A stretch of 48,074 nt of DNA from an uncultured Candidatus Saccharibacteria bacterium. GTDB taxonomy: Bacteria > Patescibacteriota > Minisyncoccia > Minisyncoccales > Staskawiczbacteraceae. Below the pieces are notes generated by a model that made no database searches, had not been told where the DNA came from, and was given only the letters and a program-made list of their open reading frames with translations. Positions 45,902 through 48,074 of the stretch are shown here, piece by piece (position 1 is the stretch's first letter; the number at the start of each line of letters is the position of its first letter). Made by a program: the position numbers and the translations under genes. The stretch covers positions 1 to 48,074 of the forward strand of contig CAYIVF010000003.1 of NCBI GenBank assembly GCA_964366875.1. Reading direction: 5' to 3'.

Positions 45902-47536
45902 ATGAAAAAGATTCTATTAGGCGATGAAGCTATAGTCCAGGGCGCCTTGGAAGCAGGCGTTGATTTTGTTTCCGGATACCCCGGATGCCCTTCAGCTGAA
46001 ATAGGGGATGAATTTTTAAAAATCGCTGGAGGACCCAAAGGGCACCCCGGACTTTATGCGGAATGGTCTGTAAATGAAAAAGTCGCGCTTGAAGCAGCAA
46101 TTGGCGCCAGTTTTTCAGGACTAAAATCATTGGTAAATATGAAGAGTTTTGGAATAAACGTTTGTTCGGATTCATTGCTGCCTTTAGTTTATACAGGGAC
46201 TAAAGCGGGGATGGTAATTATTGTGGCAGACGACCCTTCTTGCTGGAGTTCGGCGCAGTCAGAGCAGGATTCAAGGGGCTATGCTTATTTATCCCATATA
46301 CCAATGTTAGAACCGTCTGATCCGCAGGAATGCAGAGATTTTACAAAATTGGGTTTTGAACTTTCAGAAAAATTTAATCTGCCTGTTGTTTTAAGGATAA
46401 CCACCCGCGTTGCTCACCAGAGAATGCCGGTTGAGTTTAACAAAGTTGACAGAAGACCTCAGAAATCAGGAGAATTTGTTAAAAATCCTCTTCAGTTTTC
46501 AACAATGCCGCCAAGGGTGTTGGAAATGAAAAAAGAGCTTTTAGATAAACTGGAAAAAATAAAAGCATACGCTGGTAAATTAAAAATCAATAAGATTGTG
46601 GGAGACCCGACCCCCCACAATTTTGGGATTGTAGCATCAGGAGTAGCTTATCTTTATGTGTTAGAGGCCTTAAAAGAATTAGCTCTTGATACCCCAATTT
46701 TAAAAGTTAATTTGTTTTATCCTTTGGCTGACAATACTATTTCAAAATTTATTAAAGATTTAAAAAAGGTTTTAGTCGTTGAAGAATTAGAGGGCTATTT
46801 AGAAAAAGAAATAAATGCGATTGCCAAAGACGCAAATCCAAAGTTGCAAGTTTTTGGCAAAGCTCTATTGCCAAAAATAGGCGAATTAGATGTAGAAAAA
46901 GTTTGTTTAGCTTTAGCTAAGGTTGCAGGCAAAAAGTTTAAGAAAAATATAATGAAACAATTATCTCTGCCAAAAAGAACCGCAAGGTTATGCGAAGGCT
47001 GTCCTTATTGGTATGTGTTTCCCGTTATAAAGAGAATTGCCCCTGAGGGCACAATTTTCGGCGGAGACATCGGATGCAATATGATAGCCGGGCTTTTACC
47101 TCACAATATGCAGGACTACCTTTTTTCAATGGGCGCTTCCTTGGGCATATCGCACGGAATCAAAAAGTCTACCAAGCAAAAGGTAATATCTATTATGGGA
47201 GACGGAACATTTTTTCACGCAGGCATTCCAGCTTTAGTTAATGCCGTATATAACAAATCAAATCCATTAGTGGTTATTTTAGACAACAGAATTACCGCAA
47301 TGACAGGTCTTCAGCAGAATCCAGGCATGGGAAAAACCGGCATGGGCGAAAATACTGAAGAATTAAAGATAGAGGAGATAGCCAAAGCTTGCAAGGTTAA
47401 GCACGTAAAAGTTTTGGACCCCGCAAACGTTAAAGAGTTTGAAGACGCAATAAAAGAATTTTTAGACAAAGAAGAGGTTTCGGTTATCATATGCAGGCGA
47501 ATCTGCGCTTTGCTGGCTAAAAGGCAAAAACAATAA
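45902..47536 (+). CDS. iorA: Indolepyruvate:ferredoxin oxidoreductase alpha subunit (no C-terminal ferredoxin domain)
   Basis: GYPG.PS.EI, NEKVALE, DDP...S.Q.EQD, LC.GCP, DIGC, GDGTF.H, DN..TAMTG. Confidence 0.92.
   Translation: MKKILLGDEAIVQGALEAGVDFVSGYPGCPSAEIGDEFLKIAGGPKGHPGLYAEWSVNEKVALEAAIGASFSGLKSLVNMKSFGINVCSDSLLPLVYTGTKAGMVIIVADDPSCWSSAQSEQDSRGYAYLSHIPMLEPSDPQECRDFTKLGFELSEKFNLPVVLRITTRVAHQRMPVEFNKVDRRPQKSGEFVKNPLQFSTMPPRVLEMKKELLDKLEKIKAYAGKLKINKIVGDPTPHNFGIVASGVAYLYVLEALKELALDTPILKVNLFYPLADNTISKFIKDLKKVLVVEELEGYLEKEINAIAKDANPKLQVFGKALLPKIGELDVEKVCLALAKVAGKKFKKNIMKQLSLPKRTARLCEGCPYWYVFPVIKRIAPEGTIFGGDIGCNMIAGLLPHNMQDYLFSMGASLGISHGIKKSTKQKVISIMGDGTFFHAGIPALVNAVYNKSNPLVVILDNRITAMTGLQQNPGMGKTGMGENTEELKIEEIAKACKVKHVKVLDPANVKEFEDAIKEFLDKEEVSVIICRRICALLAKRQKQ
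46032..46050 (+). repeat. Family B intragenic repeat (in iorA)
   Basis: GACCCAAAGGGCACCCCGG; encodes PKGHPG. Confidence 0.8.
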
Positions 47537-47537
47537 T

Positions 47538-48074
47538 ATGCAAGCTCAAACTTTCAACATTATTATTTCAGGCGTGGGCGGTCAGGGTGTTATTACCTTG
47601 CTTTCTTTAATAGACACGGCCGCCTTTATTGAGGGCTACAACGTAAAATCTTCTGAATTGCACGGACTTTCGCAAAGAGGCGGAAGCGTAGAAGTGCACG
47701 TAAGATTTGGTAAAAAAGTAGACTCGCCGCTGATTCCTTTTGGCTCAGCTGATTTGATAATGTCGTTGGAAATGTTAGAGGGTTTGCGGGAGTTGGCAAG
47801 AGCTGGAAAAAACACAAAATTCTTAGTAAACGAATACTGCCTTCCTTTTCAAGGCTCATTAACAAAAGAAGAAATAAAAGCTCATTTTAAGCAGATTGGA
47901 GACAGGTTGCATTTGATAGCTGCTTTTGACATCTGCAAAGAAAAATTGCAGAACGAAGTGGTAAGCACGATTTATCTTTTAGGTTACGCTGTGCATAAAA
48001 AATTAATTCCGCTCAAGAAAGAGTCGGTTATAAAAGCAATAGAGAGCACGGTTCCGGAAAAATACCGCGAATTG
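47538..48074 (+). CDS. iorB: Indolepyruvate oxidoreductase beta subunit (partial, runs off the window)
   Basis: Hand translation MQAQTFNIIISGVGGQGV...SELHGLSQRGGSVEVHVRFG. Confidence 0.9.
   Translation, partial: MQAQTFNIIISGVGGQGVITLLSLIDTAAFIEGYNVKSSELHGLSQRGGSVEVHVRFGKKVDSPLIPFGSADLIMSLEMLEGLRELARAGKNTKFLVNEYCLPFQGSLTKEEIKAHFKQIGDRLHLIAAFDICKEKLQNEVVSTIYLLGYAVHKKLIPLKKESVIKAIESTVPEKYREL

Noticed and set aside
1-48074. CRISPR array, tRNA, rRNA, integrase or transposase
   Set aside because: No regularly spaced repeats, cloverleafs (other than the tmRNA domain) or recombinase motifs were seen
1-48074. Alternative genetic code (UGA recoding)
   Set aside because: Genes are full length in code 11 and TGA acts as stop (tsaE, smpB, pyrH, ileS)

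Overview
AT-rich, gene-dense bacterial chromosome segment. Its gene content suggests Patescibacteria/CPR (Parcubacteria-like): PilB ATPase, stand-alone Pol I 5'-3' exonuclease, archaeal-type pyrH, alpha2-type GlyRS, and few Shine-Dalgarno sites on core genes. The taxonomy is inferred, not verified. Core genes cover DNA repair (mutM, uvrB, ruvA, recO, polX, EndoQ-family), translation (rpsT, rplT, rpmI, infC, smpB, tmRNA, five aaRS) and iorAB. Unusual layers: (1) several families of short GC-rich hairpin or heptamer repeats lying in frame inside conserved proteins; (2) a tmRNA 5' end overlapping the smpB stop codon; (3) an unassigned ~130-nt structured RNA with its own promoter, terminator and upstream DnaA-like boxes; (4) five GC-richer single-gene cassettes, each with promoter, SD and terminator, including csrA; (5) an intein in an EndoQ-family gene and a free-standing LAGLIDADG endonuclease overlapping metG. 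All calls come from motif recognition by eye; no searches were run.
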